64,000 nucleotides of DNA from an uncultured Candidatus Rokubacteria bacterium (GTDB lineage: Bacteria > Methylomirabilota > Methylomirabilia > Rokubacteriales > DASRDR01). The notes under the pieces are model-generated. The model was given only the letters and a program-made list of their open reading frames with translations. It made no database searches and had not been told where the DNA came from. The position numbers and the translations under genes were made by a program. This document shows positions 39,722 through 50,294 of the stretch, one piece after another (the first letter of the stretch is position 1; each line of letters starts with the position of its first letter). The stretch is taken from the NCBI GenBank assembly GCA_963708025.1, contig CAVPSB010000018.1, forward strand, positions 480,001-544,000, read 5' to 3'.

Positions 39722-40462
39722 TCAGCGTATGCTGCGACCGCCGTCGACCGGCACCGCCAGGCCCGTCATGAACGCGCCTTCGTCGCTGGCCAGAAAGGCG
39801 ATCGCGGACGCGACCTCCTCGGGCTGGCCGAGCCGCCCCAGCGGGTGTTTGGCGATCGACGCGGCGAGGACGGCCCCCGGATCGCCCAGGTTGGCCGCCA
39901 TGCCGCGCAGCATTCCGGTGTCGATCGAGCCGGGACAGACACAGTTGACCCGGATGTTGTCGGCCGCGTGATCGATGGCGAGCGCCATGGTCAGCGCGAC
40001 GACGCCGCCCTTGGACGCGGCGTACGCGACGAGCCGCGAGTTGCCGCGCAGCGCGTTGATCGAGGCGCTGTTGACGATGGCGCCGCCGCCGCGGCGGCGC
40101 ATGAGCGGGATCGCCGCCCGACAGCCGAGAAACGTGCCGGTCAGGTTGACGGCCAGCGTCTCTTCCCAGAGATCGAGCCCGGTTTCCTCGGCCGACCCGA
40201 CGCGCGACACGCCGGCCACGTTGACCAGGATGTCGAGGCCGCCGTACCGGTCGAGCGCATGGCGCGCGACGCCGGACCACCCCTCTTCCCGGCTGACGTC
40301 GAAGAGGACGCTGTCCACACCATCGAGGGCGGCACGCTGCGCCGGCGTCTGGATCCCGCCGATCACGCGGCAGCCTTCCTGGTGGAGGCGCCGGGCCGTC
40401 GCCAGACCGATGCCGCTGCCGGCGCCGGTCACCAGCGCCACCTTCCCCGGCAATCCCTGCAT
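39722..40462 (-). CDS. SDR oxidoreductase
   Basis: TGAGSGIG, YAASKGG. Confidence 0.93.
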   Translation of the reverse strand: MQGLPGKVALVTGAGSGIGLATARRLHQEGCRVIGGIQTPAQRAALDGVDSVLFDVSREEGWSGVARHALDRYGGLDILVNVAGVSRVGSAEETGLDLWEETLAVNLTGTFLGCRAAIPLMRRRGGGAIVNSASINALRGNSRLVAYAASKGGVVALTMALAIDHAADNIRVNCVCPGSIDTGMLRGMAANLGDPGAVLAASIAKHPLGRLGQPEEVASAIAFLASDEGAFMTGLAVPVDGGRSIR

Positions 40463-40495
40463 GCCCTTGCTCCCGCGCTCGAACCCCGAGTGCTG

Positions 40496-42487
40496 TCAGA
40501 TGGACAGTGCGGCGCGATGCCCTTCGAGAACGGCATGTGATATCCGGCGCGGCGCGACGCAATCCCCGACGGCATACAACTCCGGCACGATCCCGGCGAG
40601 CGTCCGCGTCAGGCTGTCGTCGGGCCGCTTCTCCCCACACCACACCACGAGATCGGCCTCGATCTGCCGCTCTCTCAGCGAATGATGCGCGTTCACCCAG
40701 ACGGGGTCGTACACACTGACCCACCCTCGCGCAACGGCCGACACCGCGGTCATCGGGCTCAGGGTCACGTTGTGGCGTCGAAGCCTGCTGTAGAGCGGGC
40801 CCAGGCTCTCAGGCGGAATGGCCGCTCCGATCTGGCGTGCGGGTGTCACGATCGTGACCGTGATTCCCAGCTCGGCCAGGGCTTCGGCCGCGTTACAGCT
40901 CTCCCACAGCCCCTCGCCCACGTCGACCACGACACAGGACCGCATGATCTCGACTCCGGTCTGCTGCCCGAGACGGGCTGAGCCGAGCCGGGCAAACAGG
41001 TCCCACACCGTGAGGATCCGGGCATCCTCCGAGGCCTCCACGTCGGGCCGGGCCGGGATCGCGCCGGTGGCGACCACGACCGCGTCGGGCTGGTCGTCTC
41101 TGATCTGGCCGAGGGTGGCCTCTACCCCGAGTCGCAGGTCGACCTTCAGGCGGCTCAGTTCCGCCACTCGAAAGCTCACCACGCCGTCCAGCCCCGCCCG
41201 GTGCGGCGCGGTCGCCGCGAGCCTCACCTGTCCGCCCGGGGCTGCCTCCCGTTCATACAGAATCACGGCGTGCCCGCGCTCCGCGGCGATCCGCGCGGCC
41301 TCGAGTCCGCCCGGGCCGGCGCCGATGACGACGACTCTCTTCCGTGTGGCCGCCGGCACCGGCCGATGCTCCAGCGTCAGCTCCCGTCCCGACGCGGGGT
41401 TGTGGAGGCACGAGATGCCCGTCTCGTAGCTCCGACAGTTCTGGATGCATCCCACGCAGGGGAGAATGGAAGCGAGACGTCCCTCGCGGGCCTTGAGCAC
41501 CCAATCGGGGTCGGCGATCAGGGCGCGCCCGAGCCCGATGAGATCGGCTTGCCCCGCCGCCAGGGCGCTCTCGGCTTCGGTCGGGTGCGTGATGCGTTGG
41601 GACGCAATGATCGGAATATCGACGGCGTCCCGGATCGCGGCGGCGTACCTCAGCGCCAGTCCGACCGGGTGAGACATGTCCTTCACGTAGCCTCCGCGGG
41701 TGCCGATCGCGACGGACAGATAGTCAACCTCGCCCGACTCGCGGAGGGCCCGGGCAATGGCGATGGCGTCATCCGGGGTGAGGCCGCCTTCGAGCTCCTC
41801 CGTCGCGCTCAGCCGGAATCCCAGAATGGAATCACGGGCGCCGCGCTGCCGGATCGCGCGGAGGACTTCCAGCGGGAAGCGCATTCGGTTCGCGAACGAG
41901 CCCCCGTACCCGTCGCGTCGCTGGTTGGTGAGAGGCGACATGAACTGGGCGACGAGATACCCATGAGCGCCATGGATCTCGATGCCGTCATACCCGGCGG
42001 TCAGCAGGTTCTCGGCCGACGCCGCGAATCCGTCTACCACTTCCGCGATCTCGTCGACGCTCATCTCGTGGGGGACCGTGGTGACGGTGGGCGAGCGAAC
42101 GGCCGAGGGCGCCCATGGCGGCGCCTCGGCGGTCCACAAGGACGTCGAGCATCCGCCCACGTGCACCAGCTGGCCGACGATCCTGGCCCCGGCCGCGTGC
42201 ACCGCGTCGGCGACCCGGGCGAATCCCGGGACACACTCCGACCGGAAGGCCTCCAGGAGGATGCGGCTCTGGGGCGTCGTCGTCGGATGAACGCCGGTTC
42301 CGCCCATGATGATGAGCCCGACGCCGCCCTGCGCCCGGCGCGCGAGGTAGGCGACGTCGCGTGGCGTCGGACAGCCGTCGTGCGTGAACGCGGTGCCCAT
42401 CGGGAGCATCACCACACGGTTGCGGAGCGTCACGCCCCGAAGCGTGATCGGGCTGAACAGCCTGGGAAACTCCGGGGGTGGGGACAT
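40496..42487 (-). CDS. NADH:flavin oxidoreductase (OYE + 4Fe-4S + FAD; 2,4-dienoyl-CoA reductase/BaiCD-like)
   Basis: EIHGAHGYL, CVGCIQNC..C..NP, GAGPGGLEAA. Confidence 0.93.
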   Translation of the reverse strand: MSPPPEFPRLFSPITLRGVTLRNRVVMLPMGTAFTHDGCPTPRDVAYLARRAQGGVGLIIMGGTGVHPTTTPQSRILLEAFRSECVPGFARVADAVHAAGARIVGQLVHVGGCSTSLWTAEAPPWAPSAVRSPTVTTVPHEMSVDEIAEVVDGFAASAENLLTAGYDGIEIHGAHGYLVAQFMSPLTNQRRDGYGGSFANRMRFPLEVLRAIRQRGARDSILGFRLSATEELEGGLTPDDAIAIARALRESGEVDYLSVAIGTRGGYVKDMSHPVGLALRYAAAIRDAVDIPIIASQRITHPTEAESALAAGQADLIGLGRALIADPDWVLKAREGRLASILPCVGCIQNCRSYETGISCLHNPASGRELTLEHRPVPAATRKRVVVIGAGPGGLEAARIAAERGHAVILYEREAAPGGQVRLAATAPHRAGLDGVVSFRVAELSRLKVDLRLGVEATLGQIRDDQPDAVVVATGAIPARPDVEASEDARILTVWDLFARLGSARLGQQTGVEIMRSCVVVDVGEGLWESCNAAEALAELGITVTIVTPARQIGAAIPPESLGPLYSRLRRHNVTLSPMTAVSAVARGWVSVYDPVWVNAHHSLRERQIEADLVVWCGEKRPDDSLTRTLAGIVPELYAVGDCVAPRRISHAVLEGHRAALSI

Positions 42488-42583
42488 TCGACCCTCCGCC
42501 GGCAGGGAAAGCGGGACGCCTGGACTAATCGGACGCGCCGGCCGCGGGTCGCGGCGGCGCGACGGCGGGCGCCCGTCCTGCTC

Positions 42584-43780
42584 CTACCACTGCCCGTACG
42601 GATCGACGAAGCCGCCGACCAGCTTCCAGGCCCCCTTCTCGACCATGACCGGTTGGAGGGCCTTGACGCCCAGGTGGCTCGTCGCCGAGAACGTCACCGG
42701 GGGAAGGATCCGGGTCTCGAAGCTGCTCATGCCGTTCAGGGCGTTGACGAGGCCCTCGCGGGTGAGCGGGCCCGTCACGCGGCTCAGCGCATCGACGAAG
42801 ATCTTGGCCTGTGCCCAGGCGAACAGGGAGTTGAAGTCCGCCTTCGCACCGGGCGCGTGCTTCTTCAAAGCCTGGCGGTACTCCTCGACGGCCGGCAAAT
42901 CGGCCGTGGGCGGCACCGTCCAGGACATGCTCCGCAGCCCCTCGACGGCTTCACCACCCAGGGCCAAGAGGTCCAGCGAGACGCTCGGCGCATAGGTGTA
43001 CAGCGGGACCTTCACGCCCTGGCGGGCCAGTGCCTTCGCCAGCGCCACCGCCTCGTCGACGGGCTGGATCATGACAATGGCGTCCGGCTTGCCGTTGGCC
43101 ACCTGAAGCCCGATGGGAGCATAGTCCGAGGTGCCGAGCTTCACCGCCAGGAGCTTGACCGCGGCGCTCGCATTGACGGTGGCGGCGCCCGGGGCCACGC
43201 TCTTGGCGACCTTCTCGTACGCCGCCGGGTCGTTGTGCACCACGAGGATGTTCTTGGCCCCTTCCTTGGCGGCCCACCGCCCCAGAGCGCGCGCCTGATC
43301 CTCGTAGGCGACCATGACGCCAAAGAGGTACGGCCGAACCGGTTGATACCACTCCCGGAGGCCGCCGTACACGTTCACGATCGGGACCTTGACCTCGTCG
43401 AGCACATAGGAAAAGGTGGCCGCGGTTTGTGCCGTTCCGAAGGGGGCGACGATGGCAAAAACCTCGTCGCGCTCGATCAGCTTGCGCGCCGCGGCCACGG
43501 TCCTCTGCGGGTCCCGGCCGGCTTCTTCGATGACGAGCTCGATCTTCCGCCCGTTCACGCCGCCCCTGTCGTTGACCATTCCGTAGTGGGCCTCGAGCCC
43601 CGCCCGCAAGGCGCTGCCGTACACGGCGGCCGGGCCCTCCATCGGAAGCCAGGCGCCGATCTTGACCGACGTCCGCGTGACTCCGGGGCCATCCCGCTGT
43701 GTCGACACGGGCTGCGCGTGGCCGCTGGAGGCCATCACCAGCATCCCTGCCGCGAGCAATCCGGTCAGCAGCTTCCGCAT
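42584..43780 (-). CDS. HAAT ABC substrate-binding protein (paralogue of 31945-33132)
   Basis: Signal peptide; shared segments e.g. DPQRTVAAARKLIERD. Confidence 0.92.
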   Translation of the reverse strand: MRKLLTGLLAAGMLVMASSGHAQPVSTQRDGPGVTRTSVKIGAWLPMEGPAAVYGSALRAGLEAHYGMVNDRGGVNGRKIELVIEEAGRDPQRTVAAARKLIERDEVFAIVAPFGTAQTAATFSYVLDEVKVPIVNVYGGLREWYQPVRPYLFGVMVAYEDQARALGRWAAKEGAKNILVVHNDPAAYEKVAKSVAPGAATVNASAAVKLLAVKLGTSDYAPIGLQVANGKPDAIVMIQPVDEAVALAKALARQGVKVPLYTYAPSVSLDLLALGGEAVEGLRSMSWTVPPTADLPAVEEYRQALKKHAPGAKADFNSLFAWAQAKIFVDALSRVTGPLTREGLVNALNGMSSFETRILPPVTFSATSHLGVKALQPVMVEKGAWKLVGGFVDPYGQW

Positions 43781-43851
43781 CGCCTCACCCCTCTCTTCCG
43801 TCTCCGAAGGCCGGCCGGCTCCCCGGCCGGGCCTCCCACACGGCCCGGAGG

Positions 43852-43896
43852 GGCCGACCGGCGGGTCGATTCTATGACCTTCCGGGATCCTGTCAA
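43852..43896 (-). promoter_or_regulatory. Promoter (TTGACA-16-TAGAAT) plus operator GGCCGACCGGCGGGTC
   Basis: -35 at 43891-43896, -10 at 43869-43874, operator 43852-43867. Confidence 0.72.
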
Positions 43897-44005
43897 GCGA
43901 GGTCCACGGGGACCGCCGAAGGGGAGAGGTCTCGTCGCCGGTCGCTCGTCCCTCGAAAGAGTACGGCGGACTCCCGACGGCAACACCCCCTGCGTCTGCC
44001 GCGAC

Positions 44006-44677
44006 CTACGAGGGGGACGTCGCAGGAGCGTCCACCGATGTCACGCCCTGGTGAGGGGCACCGGAAGGGACGATCACACCGTGCAGGAAGATGTCGCAGA
44101 AGTGATGCGCGATCTCCCGGATGCGCTTGGGGCCGTCCGCCCGATACCACTGGTAGCTCCAGTTGATCATGCCGAGGAAGGCGAGCGCGGTCAGCTTGAC
44201 GTCGCTCGTGTGGAACTCTTCCCTCTCCACTCCACGCCGAATGATCTCAAGGATCATCTCGAAGTACGCGTCGCGCTTGACCTTTATCGCCTCCCGCATC
44301 TCGCCGCTCAGCTCCCGGTAATGCTCGAAGAACGCTCGCACGTAGCCCGGGTACTCGGAGATCGTCTCGAGGATGTCGATCTGCATTTCCAGCAGCAGCT
44401 GGGCACTCGTCAGACGCATTTTCAGACGCTCTTGGTGTCGGCGCATCTGGCCGTCGATGAACTGCTCGTGAATCAAGTAGAGGATCTCTTCCTTGCTCTT
44501 GAAGTAGTGATACAGCGTCGGCTTGCGCAGGCCGATGGCCTCGGCGACTGCGTCCATCGTGGTATTGTGATAGCCGGTGACGTTGAACAGCGCGGCCGCG
44601 GCGCGGACGATCTCTTCCCGCCGAGGATCCGTCTTGCTGCCGTTCACGCTACGCGCCCCTCGTGTCTCTTGCGTCAC
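44006..44677 (-). CDS. TetR/AcrR regulator (KstR2/PaaR-like C-domain)
   Basis: AAALF..GY..TTMDAVAEAIGLRKPTLYHYFKSKEEIL; GMINWSYQWYRADG. Confidence 0.93.
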   Translation of the reverse strand: MTQETRGARSVNGSKTDPRREEIVRAAAALFNVTGYHNTTMDAVAEAIGLRKPTLYHYFKSKEEILYLIHEQFIDGQMRRHQERLKMRLTSAQLLLEMQIDILETISEYPGYVRAFFEHYRELSGEMREAIKVKRDAYFEMILEIIRRGVEREEFHTSDVKLTALAFLGMINWSYQWYRADGPKRIREIAHHFCDIFLHGVIVPSGAPHQGVTSVDAPATSPS

Positions 44678-44680
44678 TCG

Positions 44681-44733
44681 AGTTGACCGGCCAGTCGGGT
44701 GAGATCATACCGGCCGGCCGCGGTTGCGGTCAA
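44681..44733 (-). promoter_or_regulatory. tetR promoter (TTGACC-18-TATGAT) plus operator AGTTGACCGGCCAGTC
   Basis: -35 at 44728-44733, -10 at 44704-44709, operator 44681-44696. Confidence 0.65.
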
Positions 44734-44813
44734 GCCCGCGTCCTCGGCATGCATGGTTTGGGGATCCGGTGGTTGCGCGGATGGGCCAGGGGCAGGCGAC
44801 CCGGGGCGCCCGG

Positions 44814-45614
44814 CTATCGAATCGGTCCGTCGGGTTCCGGCCGAGCAGCGAGACCGACTCCGGCCAGCCGGGCGCCGATGACCTGGTAGACCATGGGGTT
44901 GACCGCCATCCCCGTGTGGGTGCCCAGCACCTCGACGTCCGTCCCGGGGTCGTCATTGACGCAGACGCGCCAGTCGACGATCCCGTCCGCCTTCGTGTAG
45001 ACCGCCGTCTGCGGGATCGCCGCCGACAGGCGCGCTCTCAGCACGGACACGGTGTCGCACATGCAGGAGCCGGTGTAGCAGCCGGGCCGAACCCGGTGAC
45101 TCTGTTCGCGGACGATGCGGGTCCGGACGCGGTCGGCCGCGGACAGCGCCATCGGATGCGCGCTCCGAAGGCCACGAAACGGGGCGGCGAGGGCAATCAC
45201 GGAGGCGATTCGGTCCGGCCGGCGGGCGGCCACCGATCGGGCCAGCGCCCCACCGAGGCTGTGGCCGATCACGTGCACCTTGCGCAGGGCAGCGGCGTAC
45301 GCATGCTCGACCGTCTGAAGGAGGCGAGCGCCCATGATATCGAGACACTCGGCGTTCCGACCGATCTGGGACAGGTAGGGCCTGTACCCGATGCGCCCGA
45401 GCCACCCGTAGAGTTCGAGGAGGTAGCTGTCCGTCCCCAGGAACCCCGGCACGAGGACGACCGGGGAGCCGTCCCCGCGCGGCACGCCGACGCCGTAGTA
45501 CACCGGTGACCACCGGAGGGCCATCCACTCGAACCCGGCCATGAACTCGTGCCAGATGGGAACAAGCGCGGGGAGATCGTCGTCGCGATAGAACCCGGGC
45601 CGGCGTTCAGACAT
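44814..45614 (-). CDS. Alpha/beta hydrolase (lipase/esterase)
   Basis: PVVLVPGFLG, GHSLGG, DGIVDW, HTGM. Confidence 0.9.
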   Translation of the reverse strand: MSERRPGFYRDDDLPALVPIWHEFMAGFEWMALRWSPVYYGVGVPRGDGSPVVLVPGFLGTDSYLLELYGWLGRIGYRPYLSQIGRNAECLDIMGARLLQTVEHAYAAALRKVHVIGHSLGGALARSVAARRPDRIASVIALAAPFRGLRSAHPMALSAADRVRTRIVREQSHRVRPGCYTGSCMCDTVSVLRARLSAAIPQTAVYTKADGIVDWRVCVNDDPGTDVEVLGTHTGMAVNPMVYQVIGARLAGVGLAARPEPDGPIR

Positions 45615-45783
45615 GGGTCGCGGGCCCCTCGATGTCTCCCGGGCGAGCGCCGACCGAGGCCTTCGTGACCAGGCGCGGGGGAGGCGGCCCGACGAGGGGC
45701 GCCGGCGACCGGCTCTCGTTCAGCTCGCCGGCGACTGATGTCGAACCCGGTAGCAGCGTGGCGGTCATGGCGCTACGACTGCG

Positions 45784-45812
45784 AACATACGCCGCGAGCC
45801 CCCCGGTGTCAA
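45784..45812 (-). promoter_or_regulatory. Sigma70-type promoter TTGACA-17-TATGTT
   Basis: Near-consensus spacing upstream of the hydrolase. Confidence 0.55.
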
Positions 45813-45901
45813 AAAGCCGGTACGCGGGCGGCGGCCGTCCGCCGTCCGACCGCGAACCCGACAGTCGCCGCGCCGGTGGCCTCGACCGCGGAGCAACGGG
45901 C

Positions 45902-47638
45902 TCATGGGATGACGGGCAGCAGCACGTGGGAGGCGTGATCGGCGTCGTGGAAGACCCGCTGGAGGGCGGGTTCCAGGCGCACCGCCTCCACCCCCAGCTC
46001 CCCGGTGTTCGGGTTACGGTCGTAGCGGGGGAAGTCGCTGGAGGTGATCAGGACCCGAAGTCGGTGCCCAGCTCGGAACACCTGGGACGTCGCCCACAGG
46101 TCGATCTCGTAGCGCTCGATGGCCTCCGGCTTCACCAGCGCCGGCGCCGTCCAGGACGCCCGGTACCGGGCCCGGAGGATACCGTCGCACACGTTGAGTG
46201 TCCGTCCGTCCGGATGGACGTCACAGAGCTTCACGACCCAGTCGGTATCCCGCGCACTCGTCGCCGCGTACAGGACGGCCTTGACCGGCCCCGTGACTTC
46301 GACATCCCGCTCGAGCCGCGCCGAGGTGTAGGCGAGAACGTCGCGCCGGCCCAGGATGGCCTTCTGATCCACGGGTCCCGGGGGATGGGTCCGTGGCAGA
46401 AGAAGGGTGCCGCCCCGGGTCGGGCACGGGTCGCGCGGGTCGTACACGTAGGCGTCGGGCGCCTCGCCGCTGGCCGGTGGCTCGGGACGGAGCATCCCGT
46501 CGGCCCCGAGATACCACGGCGTCGGCACGGCGCGCGGCAGCGGCCAGGCGGACTCGTCGCGCCAGCGATTGAGCCCCTGGACGAAGAGCTTGACGGGCGC
46601 CTCCTCGTCGATCCCCGTGGATCGTCCCTTGAGCCGCTGCTCGAACCACCGGAGGTGGAGCGCGGTGATGTCCTCTTTCAGATCGATCAGCAACCCGCTG
46701 GTCCGCAGGCCAAAATCCAGGTCGCCGACGACGTTGAGGAACGTCCCGTGGGCCCACGGCCCGATGACGATCCGCGTGCGCTGGCGCGCCTCCTCCGTGG
46801 CCGCGCTCTCCCGCATCTGCCCGAAGTGCGTCAGGTCCGCCCCGAGGAGCGCGTCGTGCCAGCCGGCCAGGATGAGTGCCGGAACCCGGATCTCATGGTG
46901 CCGCTCGTACACGCCGCGCGCCTTGTGATAGTCGTCCCGCGTCGGATGCCGCATCGCCTCGAAGAAATGCGGGAGCACGGACGGGTCCTCGGGCTGCGCC
47001 GCCGGGAGGGTCCGGGGGGGCAGGTGACGAACCCACCGTTCGTAGTCGTCGATGTCGTCAACCAGACGCACCAGTGACGGGACGAGTCCGGGCCCGCCCC
47101 ACCGGGCGCGGACGAGGGCGTTGAAGCCGATCGCCTGGAGGCACCACATCACGTGCGTGCCCCACAGGAAGGCTCCGCCCCGCCAGGTCAGGTCGATGAA
47201 ATAGTCGTTGGGCGCCGTCGTCGGGGCGATCGCCCGGAGGGACGGCGGTCCCGCGGCGGCGGCGTGCCAGGCGGTGGCACCCATGTACGACACCCCGTAC
47301 GCGCCGACCTGGCCGTCCGCGTAGGGAAGCTTCGCCGCCCACTCGACCGTGTCGTACCCGTCGGCGAACTCGTCCCGGTAGGGATCGAACACCCCGCCAG
47401 CCGACGCCCAGCGGCCACGCACGTCCTGGATCACCACCACGTAGCCAGCGGCGGCGGCGCGAACGGGGTCGAGCGTGAGATGGGTCAGGGGCCAGAGGCC
47501 CTTGCTGTAGGGCGTGCGAAGCAGGAGGACGGGATGGCGCCCATCGGCGGCGGGGCGGTACACGTCGGCGCGGAGGATAGTGCCGTCCCGCAGCTTGCAG
47601 GGCACGTCGGGCTCGACCAGGACCGGCATCCGATTCAT
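45902..47638 (-). CDS. CocE/NonD family hydrolase
   Basis: RTPYSK, QDVRGRWAS, GVSYMG, GWHD, GPWAH, SSDFPRYDRN. Confidence 0.94.
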   Translation of the reverse strand: MNRMPVLVEPDVPCKLRDGTILRADVYRPAADGRHPVLLLRTPYSKGLWPLTHLTLDPVRAAAAGYVVVIQDVRGRWASAGGVFDPYRDEFADGYDTVEWAAKLPYADGQVGAYGVSYMGATAWHAAAAGPPSLRAIAPTTAPNDYFIDLTWRGGAFLWGTHVMWCLQAIGFNALVRARWGGPGLVPSLVRLVDDIDDYERWVRHLPPRTLPAAQPEDPSVLPHFFEAMRHPTRDDYHKARGVYERHHEIRVPALILAGWHDALLGADLTHFGQMRESAATEEARQRTRIVIGPWAHGTFLNVVGDLDFGLRTSGLLIDLKEDITALHLRWFEQRLKGRSTGIDEEAPVKLFVQGLNRWRDESAWPLPRAVPTPWYLGADGMLRPEPPASGEAPDAYVYDPRDPCPTRGGTLLLPRTHPPGPVDQKAILGRRDVLAYTSARLERDVEVTGPVKAVLYAATSARDTDWVVKLCDVHPDGRTLNVCDGILRARYRASWTAPALVKPEAIERYEIDLWATSQVFRAGHRLRVLITSSDFPRYDRNPNTGELGVEAVRLEPALQRVFHDADHASHVLLPVIP

Positions 47639-48708
47639 CCTCTTCGCAGCAGCGGGATGACATCACGAGCGAATCGAGCGGCATTCGTCTCGGCCGGGTC
47701 GGAGCCGACGTCCCGAACGCCCACGAGCAGGCGGTGAACTCCCACATTTAGCAACGGCCGGAGACGCTCGGCGCAGTATTCGGGAGGTCCGATGACGGCG
47801 AAGCGGTCGATGAAATCCGGATCCTGAACACCGTCCGGATAGAAGCGGACCTCTCCCGCCGACGCGCCCGGGGCAGGCGTCAGGTCGGGCCTCGAATGGA
47901 GCGTGTCCATGGCGTGGGCCGCCCGGCGGGTCTGGTCCTTGTCCTCCTCGGCCACGTCCCGAAGCGGCCGACCGAAGTACCCGGAGAAGCGCGAGTGGGT
48001 CATCACGAGGCCCTTGATTCGCTCTCGCGCCGCCGTGCGGTCGGGATCATCCGTCACGACCACCTGGACGTAGCTGCCGAACGTCATCGCATCGGGATCG
48101 AGCCCTGCCCTCGACCTCGCCGCGCGTGCCCGCTCGATGCACGCCACGAGGCGCTCCGCGTCCGCGCCGACAGAGAAGTCGATGCCGTCCGCCAGCCGCG
48201 CCCCGACCTCGGTCACCCGCGGCCCCGTTGCCGCGACGTATACGGGGGGCTTTGGCTGGTCGAGTGACGAATCGACGGCGAAGAGTCGTGTCATGCTGCT
48301 CGGAAACCCGTCCAGATCCACATCCTGTCGCCGCAGGTACCGCTGCACCCGCTCCACGTAGGCGGCGAAGGCGTCCACCGACACCGGCTTCTGCCCGAGC
48401 ATGAGCACGGCGCCGTCACCCCGTCCGATCGTGAAGCTCGCCCGCCCGCCGGAGACGGCCTGGACGCAGGCCATCGCCCCGGCGGCCCATTGGGGATGCC
48501 GGACCGGGACGAGCACGGCCGTGCCGAGCTTCAAGGTGGTCGTCGCCACCGCGGCCAGGGCCAGGCACACGTACGGGTCCGGACACACCGCGGCGGCTTC
48601 GGGGACGACCAGGCCGTCCCAGCCCATCGCCTCGAGCTCCGAGGCGATTCGCCCCATCTCCGTCAGGGGGACCGGCGCCGTGCCCTGGCGGTAGAACTCG
48701 ACTGCCAT
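47635..48708 (-). CDS. LLM-class flavin/F420-dependent oxidoreductase (in frame with the upstream ATPase)
   Basis: DPYVCLA..TTTLKLGTAV, GRGDGA, VAATGPR..ARLADG. Confidence 0.88.
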   Translation of the reverse strand: MAVEFYRQGTAPVPLTEMGRIASELEAMGWDGLVVPEAAAVCPDPYVCLALAAVATTTLKLGTAVLVPVRHPQWAAGAMACVQAVSGGRASFTIGRGDGAVLMLGQKPVSVDAFAAYVERVQRYLRRQDVDLDGFPSSMTRLFAVDSSLDQPKPPVYVAATGPRVTEVGARLADGIDFSVGADAERLVACIERARAARSRAGLDPDAMTFGSYVQVVVTDDPDRTAARERIKGLVMTHSRFSGYFGRPLRDVAEEDKDQTRRAAHAMDTLHSRPDLTPAPGASAGEVRFYPDGVQDPDFIDRFAVIGPPEYCAERLRPLLNVGVHRLLVGVRDVGSDPAETNAARFARDVIPLLRRG

Positions 48709-49527
48709 CACCATTCCTGTCTTCTGCGCGTCATGGGCGCTCGACAACGGCATGGCCGCACCACGTGGACGGTCGGCCGTTCGCCCATCGGCTTCAGCGA
48801 TCCGGCCGGCACCTCCCGTCCGCGGGGCGGCTTCGAAGTGCGCCTGGTAGGCGCGCTCGAGCTCGACCAGGCTCTGGGCCTCCCCGACGACGCTGCCGCG
48901 GAAGATGATGTACCCGCGATCCATCTGGGCGGGCAGGATCCGGGTGGTCGGTTCGGCGATGAGGATGCTCTTCCCTTGCTCCCGCATCTGGAGTAGCGCA
49001 TCGATGACGCTTCGGATGATGCTCGGCGCCAACCCCAGGGTCGGCTCGTCCAGCATCAGCACCGACGGGTCGCACATCAGGGCGCGGGCCAGGGCCAGCA
49101 TCTGCTGCTCGCCGCCGCTCAGGACCCCGGCCGGCGCCTTCTCGCGAGCGCGCAGGATCGGGAACCGATCCAGGGCCTCGCCGACGGCGCCGCGCCGAAT
49201 GCCGAACGCATCGGCCACCACCCGGAGGTTGTCCCGCACCGTCAGGTGCCTGAACAGCTGGCGCCCCTGGGGAACCAGAACCAGTCCGGCTTTGACCCGC
49301 GTGGTGGCGGTCATCCCCAGGAGCGACCGCCCGCCGAGGCTGATGTCCTGGGCCTCGGACGGCACGACCCCCTGGATCGCGTGGAGAAGAGACGACTTGC
49401 CGGCCCCGTTTGGACCCACCAGGGTCGTGAGCGATCCCGGGGCCACGGTCAGGCCGGCGCCGCGCACGGCCAGCGCCTTGCCGTAGCGGACGCTGATCCC
49501 TTGCGCGGCGAGCCCGGTGGACGGCAT
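48709..49527 (-). CDS. HAAT ABC ATPase (LivF-like); no stop before the LLM gene
   Basis: GPNGAGKSS, LSGGEQQMLA, LDEPTLGLAP. Confidence 0.85.
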
Positions 49528-50294
49528 CACGCCACGACTCCGACATACTCTTCGCGGAACGGCTGACTTCGGACGCACTCCTGGATGGAGCCGGAAAAGA
49601 CGACCTCGCCGCGGGCGAGCAGGATCACCCGGTGGACCAGCGCTTCCACGATGACGACGTTGTGGTCCACGACGACGACCGCCCGGCCGGCGGCGGCGAC
49701 ACGCCGCAGGGCTTGCGCGAGCATGTGCACGCCCTCGTCCTCGAGGCCGGGGAACGGCTCGTCCAGCAGCACGACTCGCGGCCGTTGAATCAACGCCCGG
49801 GCCACCTCGAGGAGTCGCAGCTCACCGAAAGAGAGAAGGCGGGCGGGGCGGTCGATGCCAGTCAGGCCGACCTCCTCGCACGCGCTGGCGACGAGCTCGC
49901 GCGGCGGCGTCCGGCCCGTGAACAGGGCACGCAGCGGGGCGCCGATCGCCTTCCAGGGGGACGCCAGCTCCTGCACGGCCAGGCCGACGGCGACGTTCTC
50001 GAACACGGTCATGTCGAGCGCGATCCTCGGGTGCTGGAACGTGCGGGCCAGTCCGAGGCGCGCGCGCCGGTGCGGAGGGCCCGTCAGGGGCGACCCGTAC
50101 AGGAGGATCTCGCCGGTATCGGCCGGCTGCTCGCCACCGATGAGGTCGAGGAGGGTCGTCTTGCCGGCGCCATTGGCGCCTATGAGTCCCAGGATGGCGC
50201 CGCCGGCCACGTCCCAGCTCACGTTGTTCACGGCCTGGACGCCGCCATAGCGCTTCGACACGCCCCGCACCTCGAGCGCAGGCCGCGCGCTCAT
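49527..50294 (-). CDS. HAAT ABC ATPase (LivG-like)
   Basis: GANGAGKTT, ARTFQ, LLDEP. Confidence 0.92.
   Translation of the reverse strand: MSARPALEVRGVSKRYGGVQAVNNVSWDVAGGAILGLIGANGAGKTTLLDLIGGEQPADTGEILLYGSPLTGPPHRRARLGLARTFQHPRIALDMTVFENVAVGLAVQELASPWKAIGAPLRALFTGRTPPRELVASACEEVGLTGIDRPARLLSFGELRLLEVARALIQRPRVVLLDEPFPGLEDEGVHMLAQALRRVAAAGRAVVVVDHNVVIVEALVHRVILLARGEVVFSGSIQECVRSQPFREEYVGVVA

Noticed and set aside
41201-44686. 1161-aa + strand ORF (and similar long antisense ORFs, e.g. 28195-31032)
   Set aside because: Shadow ORFs opposite well-supported genes, expected at high GC.
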